From positions 45,734,803 through 45,798,802 of the forward strand of contig JASCQW010000098.1 in NCBI GenBank assembly GCA_030264375.1: a stretch of 64,000 nucleotides of DNA, written 5' to 3'. A program made the translations under genes and the position numbers. Origin of the DNA: Carcharhinus longimanus. Lineage: Eukaryota. Of the stretch, positions 38,771 to 49,790 are shown in pieces. The first letter of the stretch is position 1; every line of letters begins with the position of its first letter. The notes below the pieces were generated by a model. The model searched no databases, had not been told where the DNA came from, and worked only from the letters and a program-made list of their open reading frames with translations.

Positions 38771-39025
38771 TCATGATGTGGAGATGCCAGCGTTAGACTG
38801 GGGTAAAACAGTAAGACGTCTCACAAAGCCAGGTTAAAGTCCAACAGGTTTATTTGGTAGCGAAAACCGCTAGCTTTCGGAGCTAGTTATATAATTTATA
38901 TGCCCTGTCTGTGAATGGAACTCCCACTCGCCTGACGAAGGAGCAGCAAGCCCTCTGGAAGCTGGTGGCTTTTGTTACCAAATAAACCTGTTGGACTTTA
39001 ACCCAGTTTTGTGAAACTTTTTCTG
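38771..39025. mobile_element. Penelope-like family A element with inverted terminal segments
   Basis: 38771-38885 is the reverse complement of the tail that reappears on the + strand at 38890-39025 (ccaaataaacctgttggactttaacc). A degenerate hammerhead CTGACGA..GGAA lies at 38928-38968, and tgtttag occurs on both flanks. Confidence 0.8.
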
Positions 39026-39221
39026 TTTAGAACAGAGATGAGAAGAATTTTTTTCTCAAGTGGTCGTGAGTCTTTGGAACCCTCTTCCCCCGGGAGCAGT
39101 GGATGAATGGGCATTGAATATTTTTAAGGCAGAGATCGATAGATTCTTGACTAGCAAGGGAATCAAAGGTTATCAGGGATAGGCAGAATATGGCGTTCTG
39201 TCCACAATTAGATCATCATGA

Positions 39222-39550
39222 TTTTCACAAAATCCCTACAGTACAGAAGGAGGTTGTTCAGCCTATCAAGTCTGCAACAGAGCATCTTTCCTAGGCCCAC
39301 CCTCTGCCCTATCGCCGTAATCCCACACATTTACCCTACTAATCCCCCTAACTTGCACGTCTTGGAACACTAATGGGCAAATTTACCATGGTCAATCCAC
39401 CAAACCTGCACAACTTTGGACTATTGGAGGAAACTGAAGCACCCAGAGGAAACCCATGCAGACAAAGGGAGAATGTGCAGATTGTGACCGAAGGCCGGAT
39501 TGGACCTGGTGCTGTGAGGCAGCAGCACTATCCACTGTGCCACTGTGTTG
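39222..39550 (-). mobile_element. HE1-type V-SINE
   Basis: Reads aaatccctacagtacagaaggagg..gaggaaacccatgcagac..gctgtgaggcagcagcactatccactgtgccactgtg. Confidence 0.8.
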
Positions 39551-39934
39551 CAGTAGAGGAACAGGCTTTGGCGGGGTGGGGGAAGAGGGGGAGACAATGG
39601 CCTACTCCTGCTCCTAATTCACATGCATGTATGATTTGCTCTCGAGCTATTTTTTGTTCTCCCCATAATGTCACACATTTCAACATGACCAAGAAAGTGT
39701 AAGGCTTCTACACCATCGTTAGTGCTGCTAGTGTAGGCGTGCATACACGCACGTGTGCTCTAATCGCCTATGGCTGGCGTAACGGTACATCCAACCATTG
39801 TTGGATACTCATTCCCTATACATTTTTTAAATACTGTTTTAGCATAAATATATATGTTTGTAAGGTCATTAGCAGCATTAATTGGTTGCTTGTGTTGTGT
39901 TTTGCTAGTTGAGAATAGCTCAGTCAATCAGGTC

Positions 39935-40246
39935 TTTGGTCTTTTTTCATGGTTGTGCAGCATTTATTGCCCATCCATAATTGTCCTTTCACTATGTGGC
40001 TTACTAGGCTATTTTGGTGGGCATTTTAAAAAGTCACAAATAGGCCCTGCAAAGATGGCAGCTTTCCTCCCCTAAAGTAGTGAACCAGATGGGTTTTTAT
40101 GGAAATAGTTTCATGGTCACCATTAGACATTTAATTTCAGACGACTTTTGTTAATTTCAAAATTTCACCACCTATTGTGGTGGGATTTGAACCATGAGTC
40201 TCTTGATTACTAGTTGAGTGACACTACCACTATGCCACTGCCTCTC
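39935..40246 (-). mobile_element. Short non-autonomous retroelement with a tRNA-like head and the LINE-shared tail
   Basis: The minus strand begins gaggcagtggcatagtggtagtgtcactcaactagtaatcaagag..ggttcaaatccc and ends ggatgggcaataaatgc. A head-only copy lies at about 41030-41172. Confidence 0.65.
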
Positions 40247-40659
40247 TTAACCCTCTAGTTTGTCAAAATGTTGCACTCGGGACTGTTAAATATTGAATTC
40301 TAATTGTCTGAAAGAGGTCTTCAGCTCTTGTTTGGAAGTTTATAAATCGAAAGAAAGAATTGAGGGAGGAACATGAAAAGGGCAAATATTTCATATTAAA
40401 AATAGAGAACCAATGTAAAATAATTGAAGTTTGGATTGAGTACAAATAATGCAATTTATGGCATGACAATAGTAATGAACGTACAAAATAAGCATGTTTT
40501 AGAGCTGTTTAGACTCCAGAAAGAGACTAAATTGCTTGATTAAACTTCAAATTAGAGACTAGAGCCTAGCAGGTGCATGTCATAGGCAGTTTGTTTCATA
40601 TTAATTAGCCAAGATAAAGGAGTTTTATTCAAGAAAAAAATCAAATCTCGAAAGACAAA

Positions 40660-41003
40660 GGGTGGGATCTTACCAGTTTGCCACACCAGCTCATGGGGCC
40701 GGCGAGCCAGTAAGATAGGGCGAAAGGCGAAAAATCCGTTTTGTGCCCTGTTTCTTGCCTCTCGTGATTTGTTGGCAAAATCGGCCTCACGCTCAGAAAA
40801 GGTGTATGCACACTGGGAGATCGGGGTGCCTGCATAGTGATGCGCTAGCACTCAACAGCCAGTTTCCTGATGAGCCGAGACTCTCACCTCTCCCTCGACA
40901 TGGAGGCATTCGCATTATTGCTTCTATTATGCGCAGAATGCCATAAGTTGCCATCACCCACCCCTCATTCGTCACTCAGAATTTTTCTGAGAAAATTCCA
41001 TCC
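40660..41003. mobile_element. MITE-like element (same termini as 4020-4433)
   Basis: Ends gggtgggatcttacc...gaaaattccatcc; the interior is CpG-rich. Confidence 0.55.
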
Positions 41004-41227
41004 AACAACGATATTATTTACCCATCTTAGCTATAGAAAAGAATTGTCATGGTCATTATTAGACTTCCAGATTCTTTTTATTGAATTCAAAATTTCACAA
41101 ACTGCCGTGGTGAAATTTAAACTTTGGATGTCTGGTTTACTAGCCCAATGACAATACCAGTATGCCACCACCAAATATTTTGACTGCTGTCAAAAAATAT
41201 GAAAGCTTACAGACAAATATATTCCAC

Positions 41228-41548
41228 AGAAAATGTTCAGCAGGTCTGGCAGTATCTGTGGAGAGAGAAACAGGGTTAATGTTGTACTTTTCATAAGGTC
41301 TGAAATGGTGGCTAAAATTCTCCAAGGTCATATGCCCCACCACCACTGCCAGTGAGTTCGGTGAATTTGTTGCTCAGCTAAATCTCCATTCATAACAGCA
41401 GGACTAGAGAATCCCAACTGCAGACAAGGTTGGAGAATTCCAGCCATTATGTCTTTCTCTATACACTGATGACTGACCTGCTGAGTATTTCCAGCACTTT
41501 CTGCTTTATTGTCAGATTTCCAACATCTGCAGTAATTTGCTTTTACTT
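41228..41548. mobile_element. Palindromic Penelope-like family B remnant with a MITE inserted at its centre (41306-41445)
   Basis: Arms cagcaggtctggcagtatctgtggagagagaaacagggttaa and tgacctgctgagtatttccagcactttctg. Confidence 0.6.
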
Positions 41549-41719
41549 TATATTCTAAATGGCCAAATTTTATTCTAAAACTTTGAAATATTTCTAGTTT
41601 AGAAGCATTAGCAGTTATGAAACTATCAACAAAGATGAGATTTCCATCACTGTCACATGTTAAAAACAAATGCCCTATCAGATCATTTAGAATCTACAGT
41701 ACACACCTTATCTGTTGAG

Positions 41720-42010
41720 AACTCACAGCTCCAGGGACCTGGCTTCAATTCCTGGCTTGAGTCACTTGTGTGGAGTTTGCATGTTCTCCTCGTGTCTGCA
41801 TGGGTTTCCTCCCACAGTCTAAAGATGTGCGGGTCAGGTTGATTGGCCTTGCTAAATTGCCCCTTAGTGTCCTGAGATGCGTAGGTTGATGGGATTAGTG
41901 GGACATATATGTGGAGTTACAGGGATAGGACCTGGGTGGGATTGTTGTCAGTGCAGACTCGATGGACCGAATGGACTCCTGCTGCACTGTAGGGTTTCTA
42001 TGATTTCTAA
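41720..42010 (+). mobile_element. HE1-type V-SINE, 5'-clipped
   Basis: Reads ctcacagctccagggacctggcttcaattcc..gtgtggagtttgcatgttctcc..gactcgatggaccgaatgg..ctgtagggtttctatgatttcta. Confidence 0.85.
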
Positions 42011-42177
42011 TTAGAAACAGTTAATATCTTAATTTTCTTACTATTGAGACAATATTGTTTGATCATCAAAAGGCTTTACTTTAACATTAATGTAAAAGTA
42101 GGCTTATAGTTAGGAAACTTCTGTTATTCCAATTCCTGCTTTGTACAACCTACATAACGTAAGGCAGTGAAGAGGAA

Positions 42178-42545
42178 GCTTAGAAGAATGAGAGGTGATC
42201 TCATTGAAACTTACAAGATGTTAAAGGGGCTTGACAAGGTAGACGTTGAAAGGATGTTTCCTCCTGTTGGGGAATCTAAAACACAAAGGTACAGTCTCAG
42301 GTTAGGACAGTCAATTATTTAGGACTAAGATGAAGAGAAATTTCTTCATTCAAAAGGTAGTGAATCTTGGCGGATGGTGCATCATTGAATACATTTCTGT
42401 TGGAAAAGACAGACTTTTGGTCTTGCATGGAATCAAAAGGTATGCAGTGGGAAAGTGGAGGAAACCCAGTCCATGATCATAATGAATGTTGGAGCAACCT
42501 CAACGGGTCATATGGTTTACTCCTGTTCTCTTGTGACTTCATGAA
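42178..42545 (+). mobile_element. CR1 3' fragment
   Basis: Translates as RRMRGDLIETYKMLKGLDKVDVERMFP..FRTKMKRNFFIQKVVNL. Confidence 0.8.
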
Positions 42546-42669
42546 ATCTCCAAATAACACTCAGTTGCTCAATCAAAAGCTAAAGAAAAAACTGTGAATA
42601 TTTGTGTATTTTCTGTGCTTTTAAACAGTTACATTTTGTCTAAATCAAGTATTGTACTTGAAATCGTGA

Positions 42670-42755
42670 TACAGTAAGAAGTCTCACAACACCAGTATTG
42701 TGAGATTTCTTACTGTGTTTACCCCAGTCCAACGCCGGCAACTCCACATCATGAT
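42670..42755 (+). mobile_element. Minimal Penelope-like family A remnant (hairpin of the tail)
   Basis: Inverted pair acagtaagaagtctcacaa and ttgtgagatttcttactgt, followed by ccccagtccaacgccggcaactccacatcatg as at 38771-38810. Confidence 0.7.
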
Positions 42756-43315
42756 ATCGTGATAGGCAGGGTTCTTCGATCTTGTTCGCCCCGCCTCTGC
42801 TGCCAACGAGAATAGCGAATTTGGTGCTCAGCCAACACTCCATTCACTGCAACGGCACTGGAGAATCCCAGCTGCGGACAAAGTCAAAGGTTTCCAGCAG
42901 ATGTGCCTGAACTGGGGCTTTACACTTTTTTTAACTAAACCTATTAATTGTAGACTGAATGTAAGGGTCCTGTTGTCTCTTCCTTCACAAATTTTACCAT
43001 TGGTGTTAGTTTGTAAATGAACAGTGGAGTGTTTCACCGAATGACACCGTATGCTGATTTACATTCCTTGCCCGTGCCCTTGTCAGGGGAAACTGCAGTG
43101 GAGGTCAACTTCCTGAGACCAGATGATTCTGCCGGCAGGAAGGACAGGACAATTCCACAATTATAGTGGGCCGGGGATGGAACATGCAAAGATCCATTGA
43201 CCTCGGGCAGGATTTTCTGGTTTTTGAGGTGAGCGCGACCGGACAATCCTGCCCATCGTGTCTCTTTCTGACAATACTTGCGGAAAAGACCTCAGGATAT
43301 AAATCTCATCTTCAT

Positions 43316-43351
43316 GTTCTGAAGAAGTCGTACTCAACTTGAAATATTAAC
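43316..43351 (+). ncRNA. Minimal type I hammerhead motif with intact core, in a family B Penelope-like tail (to about 43435)
   Basis: Reads gtt CTGAAGA agtcg tact caactt GAAA tat t aac, giving stem I gtt/aac, an imperfect stem II and the palindrome AATATT. Confidence 0.5.
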
Positions 43352-44189
43352 TCTCTTTCTCACCACATGAGTGTTTTTAGCACTTGCTGTTTTTATTTCA
43401 GATTTCCAGCACCCGCGGTATTTGGCTTTGTTTTAGCTCCTTTTGTGAATTGGATTTTCTCCACCCCTCCCCCAAGCACCTTCCCTCTTTTTGCTCAAGT
43501 TGCTAATTACTGCTCCACGGTTTGGCAAACGCATTGGGGCAGATGGACTTGGTAAAAGTGCTGCTGTTGGATAAAATTGCATTCTACTTTTGTTAAAAAT
43601 AATCAAAATGCAAACTGTAGCAAATCTGTCTTCATTATAGGAAACAGTATGAAGTATATCCTGTGCCAAGTGAGGGTGCCAGAAAGTTTTAGGTTTCTTT
43701 TCATTTATTTTGCTGGAAAATGAAATCAATTCAGAGTTACTTCTGCAGGTGTTTGTGCCACAGTTTTGCTGCCATACGGAATCTGAAACGTCTGTGCAGC
43801 CAGAGCCAGCAGCAAACCTGAGAGAAATATAAATGCTGGGGTCACAATTAGAAACGTGCCTCACACACCCCACCCTCACTCTGAAAAAGCTTAGCTGGCT
43901 TGAAGTTTGTGGGGTGATGTAGTGACATTATCAGCACAAAAGAGAGCACTTTTCAAATGGCAAAACATCTCTCTGCTAGTGGAAAAAGTGCTTTGTTCAT
44001 GCAGGAAGCACAGTACACACCAGATGTGGAGAAAGGGACAATGTTACAATACAAAAAAAAGTTACAATACAAAGCAGGAGAGATTTCAGCCTATGTCCAG
44101 AGAGTTGTGGCTTATATTGTAGACATCTTCTTGTTAAAAGAGAATACAAATCAGGATTTCCATTTCTTTTTACTATTCCATTACTTGCA

Positions 44190-45425
44190 ACAACAGCAAT
44201 AATAACTTCTATTTATGTCACCCGTTAATGTGATAAAATATTTTAGGGCTTAGGTAACTGCAGGTAAGATCACCAATGCAGCTATTCAATTTGGAGTGTT
44301 CAAGAAGTTAGAATTGAAAGAGCAAAGCCCAGATAACTGAGGGTTGTGGGGCCGAAGGAGATTACAGATTTCAGGAAGAGAAAGGCTGGAGGGATGCAAA
44401 AAGAAGGATGCGAATAATCAACTGTTTAACTGAGAGCCAGCATAAGTCAGCAAGCACACGGGTGATAGGGAAATGGGACTTGGTATAGGGGTATTACAGC
44501 TTTAGGTGGCCCCAGGTTTACAGAGGGTAAAATGTGAGAGACCGACCAGGATTATGTTGGAAGAAAATCAACAGTCAGGGTATGATGAAGGCTTTCAGCA
44601 GCAGACGAGCTTGGACAGAGCTAGGTCAGACAACGTTATAGAAATCGAAATAGGCAATCTTAGCAATGATGGGAATGTGGTCAAAAGTTCATCTTGGGAT
44701 TAAATATCTTATCAAGGTTGCAAACAGGCTGGTTTAATCTCAGGCTTTTACCAAGGGGAGGGATGGAGTTGGTATTGAAGGAACAGAACTTGGACCAGGA
44801 TCCAAAATAATTCTTTTGGTGTTCCCAGTATTTAACCGGGAGAAATTCTGCTCATTCGAATGGGAAATATGGGTATGGATTTGGGAGATGACAACACATT
44901 CAGAAATTTTGGAGAGATCAGAGATGATTTGGTAGTTTACAAGGTTGGTGGGTCAACGTTTTCGTTTTAGGAGAGGGTGATAGGAAATTTGAAGTTGACA
45001 GGGNNNNNNNNNNNNNNNNNNNNNNNNNNNNNNNNNNNNNNNNNNNNNNNNNNNNNNNNNNNNNNNNNNNNNNNNNNNNNNNNNNNNNNNNNNNNNNNNN
45101 NNNCAGGGAAAACATCTCAAGTGAAAACTGTTAACTAGATTAACATGGGGACCAGCAGTTTCGGGGGTTGAAAGAGCAGGAGATGGGTCTCATGGAAGAG
45201 AGCATGGGGGGAGACAAGGGAGAAACAGGACGAGAACAGTGGGGAGCTTTGGAGAAAGTTTGGCCAATGGACTGGTGAAAAGGATGGACACAGCAGAGTC
45301 AGCTAGTTGGATGGTCTCAATCTTAGTATCAAAGAAGTCAATTAACTCTTCATACTCACAGTTAGAGCTTGGGTGAAGTGTATAGAAGAAAGAGTGGTTT
45401 AAGATGATGGTTTGAGGCAGAGAAA
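44190..45425 (-). mobile_element. L2 LINE remnant with a gap
   Basis: Minus-strand remnants YEELIDFFDTKIETI and KIAYFDFYNVV*PSSVQARLL (L2 KTAYFHLRNIARLRP region); the L2 tail lies near 44190-44250. Confidence 0.7.
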
Positions 45426-48234
45426 AGAAGCTAGAGATTGTGGATGGGATTGTCTGGCCTCGCTCGCCCTGAAACCAGAAAATCCCACTTGAGGTCAACG
45501 GACCTTTCCATCATCTGCCCCTTGTCCACTGCGATTCCCGTGGAGGATGGAATGGGAAATTTTGCCCCTATATTTGCATTCCAGGATGATCCTGGAAAAG
45601 TGAGCAGTTTTAGCAAATAGGAGAAGGACTGGACAGTGTTGTTGGTGATCCAGCCAGAACTGTCAGTGAATGGCTAAACTACTTTCCGGCCTTATCCTTT
45701 TGAGTCTTCCACAGCAGAAAGTGCACATGTGGATACTGTGTTAGGGCAGAATTAACACAGGACAGTGATGTCTTTCATAGTTGAATTGTTCAGGCTGAGG
45801 CACGCAATCTGACCAAGTTAGCAGAGAGCTAATATTACTTCTATAAACATAACCCAGTATGAATATCTATCTTCATGAGAAAAGAAGTGCAAGATATCAG
45901 TCAAAGAATGAATTGAGAAAATAAAGGAGTATTGGAAAGCCATGGGCCAGTCACTAAAGTCCAGTAAACTGAAGCATGTACCTATGCTGTTTTACAAGAA
46001 AATTGCACATGGAATGAAGCTTAGTCTTGTGTAAATCACAAAACTATTTATGGTGACTGTAAAGTGATTTCCTGAAATATAGGGCTTGATCCTTCTTAAC
46101 AAAATCCATTTTAAAATCATGTTGAACATCTGCTGCTGTTTGTACCTGCCATCTGGTAGAGAACATTGTCAGCACAATGATTGGATTCCTGTATTCTCAA
46201 TGGAAACTTGCCACCTTCGTCAGATACTAGCTTTAGTACATGATGCACACCAGAACTGAAAAGCTGTCCTCTCAAACTACAATGTTTAGGTTACATTGAC
46301 CTTAGAGGAGGAGTGTCAGAACAGCATTTCCCACTAAGTTGTTTAAGCAATCATTAAATGACTGAAGATTTTAAAAATGCAGAGTATTAAAATCAAAGTT
46401 AATGTAGTGGTAGACAATGTTATTTGGTTCAACAGAATTCGTCCCTCCACAATTCTTCTCATGGTAAATATATAAACAATTTTCCACTATATGTGATGTA
46501 TTTGCTGAGGATTGAATATAAAGTCGGTACAAATGGCAACCGATTAAGCAGAACAGTGACGCTGTGTACCAGTGCTCTGTTCTGTGATGCAGGTATGTGA
46601 GTGGTGCCAAGTGATTTTACACTGAAAACAGCTATGTTACCTGAACAAAGCAGCAGTTCATCAAAGCAAGGTATTTGATGGATAACAAACGTGAATTAGT
46701 TATCACAAGTCTGCCTGCCTTCTCCAGGGAATGGGGAGTATCATGGGAACATCTTCAGAGGAAAGGGAAATAATTCCCAAATGGAGAGCTATCTCTCCAA
46801 ATTAACCCAGAAAACTATTTGTTCTCGCAGCATATGTTGTGATCTAGGAAAGAAAGAACTTACATATGCATCGTACTTTTCACAACCTCAGGATATCTCA
46901 GTGTTTCTTCATAGTCATAAAATGGTTACAGCTTAGAAAGCTATTTGATGATTGTGTTTATCCCATCTCTGCCTGCAAGCACAATCCAGCTAGTCCCATA
47001 CGCACTTGTCTCACAGTTCTGCAACTGTTTTCTCTTCAAATGTTTATCCAATTCCCTTTTGAAAGCCTCCGTTGAAGGTTCCTCCATGATATACTACACC
47101 ACTGCATTCTAGGTCCTAATGTTACATACAGGAGAGAAGTTAATTTCAACCACTAATTTCTCACCACCCATATCTATACAGAAAGGTGTTTTGATTTGTT
47201 TCTCCCTTATAAGTAGTGGGGTATTTCCTGACCCCCTCAATTTTGGTGTGACCAAATTTTATATTAATAATTCCACAGCAAACTTGAAATAGAATAAACC
47301 TAAAGGAGGAAGTCTGCAGGTCCATCACAGCAGGGGCCAGAAGATGCAATGAGCCATTGAAAGGCCCATTGACTTTGGCAGGACCAAAGATTCTGCTGTC
47401 AAGTGTCTGGAAAATTCTGCCCCTTGAGTTAGTTTATTCACACACACTCAAAATTAAAACGGACTGCCAAAGGACTGTTGCCTCCAAACTCGGACAATAA
47501 AGAGAGGGAAAGAAAAAAGAAAGATTTACAGTACAAAGACCACAAATTATTGGTTCACATGGGTTGCCGAGTCCAGAATCAACGTCCAATGAGGTATTCC
47601 TTCACAGAGATCAGCAGGCTGAAAACTGATGATGAAGAATTCATTCCCAGTTATGTGAACTTCATATAATGAAGTAGGCATGCAGAGATACATCAGTCTT
47701 GTAGGCAATGGTACAGAATTTCCAGGTGTTCAGCTTGGGCAGAGCTACTTTTCTGTGAGGCTGCTAGTTAGATGGTTAAACAGTGGACTGAGCCATGCAG
47801 TTCAACAAGACAATATTACTATTCCACAAGACAGAGGACCATGTCACATGACTCCCACCTCTCCTCCAAGGCAGTTTTGATTCCAACAACTAGTAAATGT
47901 CTCAGTCTTTAGAAAGTGAAGAGAAGGTTGTGGGTTTGGCTTAACAGATGATCCACGTCCGTCTGGCCTTTCTGGGTTACTAAATACCTTTTGTATGGCT
48001 GTCTTTGAGGTTAAGCTGTATAGTCCCCAGGCGTCGTTAAGTGGCCGCTCTGAGAAAGCGAGGTGTGAGTTTTCCTAAAGCTGCCAAGTGGTTTCTTTTG
48101 TGCAAGGGTCACTGACAGATGTGGTTTCAGCCATTTTAAAGGTCTTCATTCAGTTTATAAAAAACAGAAATAATATTGAGCATTTCTATATATACTTTTA
48201 TAAAAATATACAGTTCAAGGTCTCAGTCCCTTAC

Positions 48235-48985
48235 ACTAACCACTTGCTGCATTAAAAGGTTTTTCCTCACGTCACTGCTGGTTCTTTTGCTCACCACCTG
48301 AAATTAATGTTCTCTGGTTCTTGACCGTTCTGCCAATAAAAACAGTTCTCTTCATCTGCCCTGTCGAGACTCCATATGATTTTGAACATTTCTATCCAAT
48401 CTCCTCTCAATTTTGTTCCCCTCAGAGAACAGAATGCCAGCTTCTCCAATTTTTCTGTCTAACTGAAGTTCCACATTGCAAGAAGCATTCTCGTAAATCT
48501 TCTCTTAAACCAACTCTAAAGCCTTCATATTGTTCCTAAAGTGTGGTGCCCAGAATTGAACACAATATTCCAATTGAGGATGAACAAGAATTTTATAAAG
48601 GTTCATCTTAACTTCCCCACTTTTGTACTCTATGCTTTTATTTATAAAGCCAGGATCATAAATGCCCTTTTAGTCACTTTCTCAACCTACCCTGCCACTT
48701 TCAATGATTTGAAAAGGATAGAGGATCCTTTCTTTCAATGATGTAGAAGAAGCATAGAATCCAAACTGTGTAGAGGGAGGCCATTCAACCCATTGAGCCT
48801 GCAACGATAACTATCCCACCCGGGTCCTATCCCCATAGCCCCACATGTTTACCCTGCTAATCCCCCTGACACTAAGGAGCAATTTAGCATAGCCAATTCA
48901 CCAAGCCCACTCATCTTTGACTTAGGCTCATGGACTCCCAGATCTCTCTGTTTATGCACATCCTTTAGAATTGTACCCTTTTCTC
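48235..48985 (-). mobile_element. CR1 fragment with an inserted HE1 V-SINE 3' half (48748-48920)
   Basis: The minus strand gives VAG*VEKVTKRAFMILAFINK..LYKILVHPQLEYCVQFWAPHFRN. Confidence 0.75.
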
Positions 48986-49004
48986 AGATTGTAATAGTTG
49001 TCTG

Positions 49005-49790
49005 GGCACTCGACTTTAAAATGCTCGAACAGCTAATCCGCAGAGGAAACGTTGTTTGACTGACAGTTCAGACCCACTGATCTCTGCAGTCACTTTCACA
49101 ATGTTTTTTGACACAAGTTTAAGTGATTCCAAGTCTTTTGAAACTGCAAAGATTTTAATTGATTGATTAACTTATTAGCTTGCAGTCCAGAGACTTTTTA
49201 AACATAGGAGAAAGTTATCAATGAATTCCATTTCTTCAAATTTTTTTTACATATGCCATTATAACTATGATGTTCATTGGTTCTAGAAAATGTACATTGA
49301 ATCAATAGACTAGAAAGTGCCAGAGCATGGTATAGGGTGCTTAAGGGGCCTGAGGGGTAGGGGGTATGTGGAAGGGAAGAGCTTTGTACAGGGGGCATGA
49401 GAGGCCTTAGGGGGTAAGTGGAAGGGCAGAAGTTGGCATGGGGGCATGAGTTGGGTGGGTAGGTGACGAGGTGGCATGGAAAGGGATTGGGGAGTGTTTG
49501 AAGGGTGAAAGGGATGTGAGAGGTGAGGGTTGGAGAGCCTTTGTCTTTTTCCCCAATGGGACAAGAACCCATGGTTGCCAGATGGGCCTTTTAAACAGCT
49601 CATCTCCAAACTCACAAGCCTCTGTGGCTTTTCCTGCACCTTCTGGATCAGCAAGTCTGACTCCAGCCTGACCCCAGTCATGAAGATGCCAGATTTGTGG
49701 GTACTTTTTCCTGAGGTGGGCGGCCCATGTCATAGATTTTCCTGACCCCCACCCCTACCTGCCTGCAGAATGAAATTCTAGACCTTAGCA
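49005..49790. mobile_element. Non-autonomous DNA transposon remnant with a G-rich low-complexity interior
   Basis: Contains a repetitive ggcatg/ggggtg tract and ends gaaattctagacc. A similar element lies at about 17770-18230. Confidence 0.4.

Larger units (their letters stand above)
38375..39625 (+). mobile_element. CR1 3' portion hosting nested Penelope-like and V-SINE insertions
   Basis: IRRANGKLLFIARGMEYENRNVLLQ..LVRPHLEYCVQFWPP. The CR1 resumes after 39025 (EMRRIFF) and again after 39550 (caggcttt..tggcctactcctgctcctaattc). Confidence 0.85.

Noticed and set aside
39701-39825. H/ACA snoRNA call for the hairpin-hairpin-ACA stretch
   Set aside because: There is no ANANNA H box between the hairpins and the second hairpin is too short. 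It is kept only as an unexplained structure.
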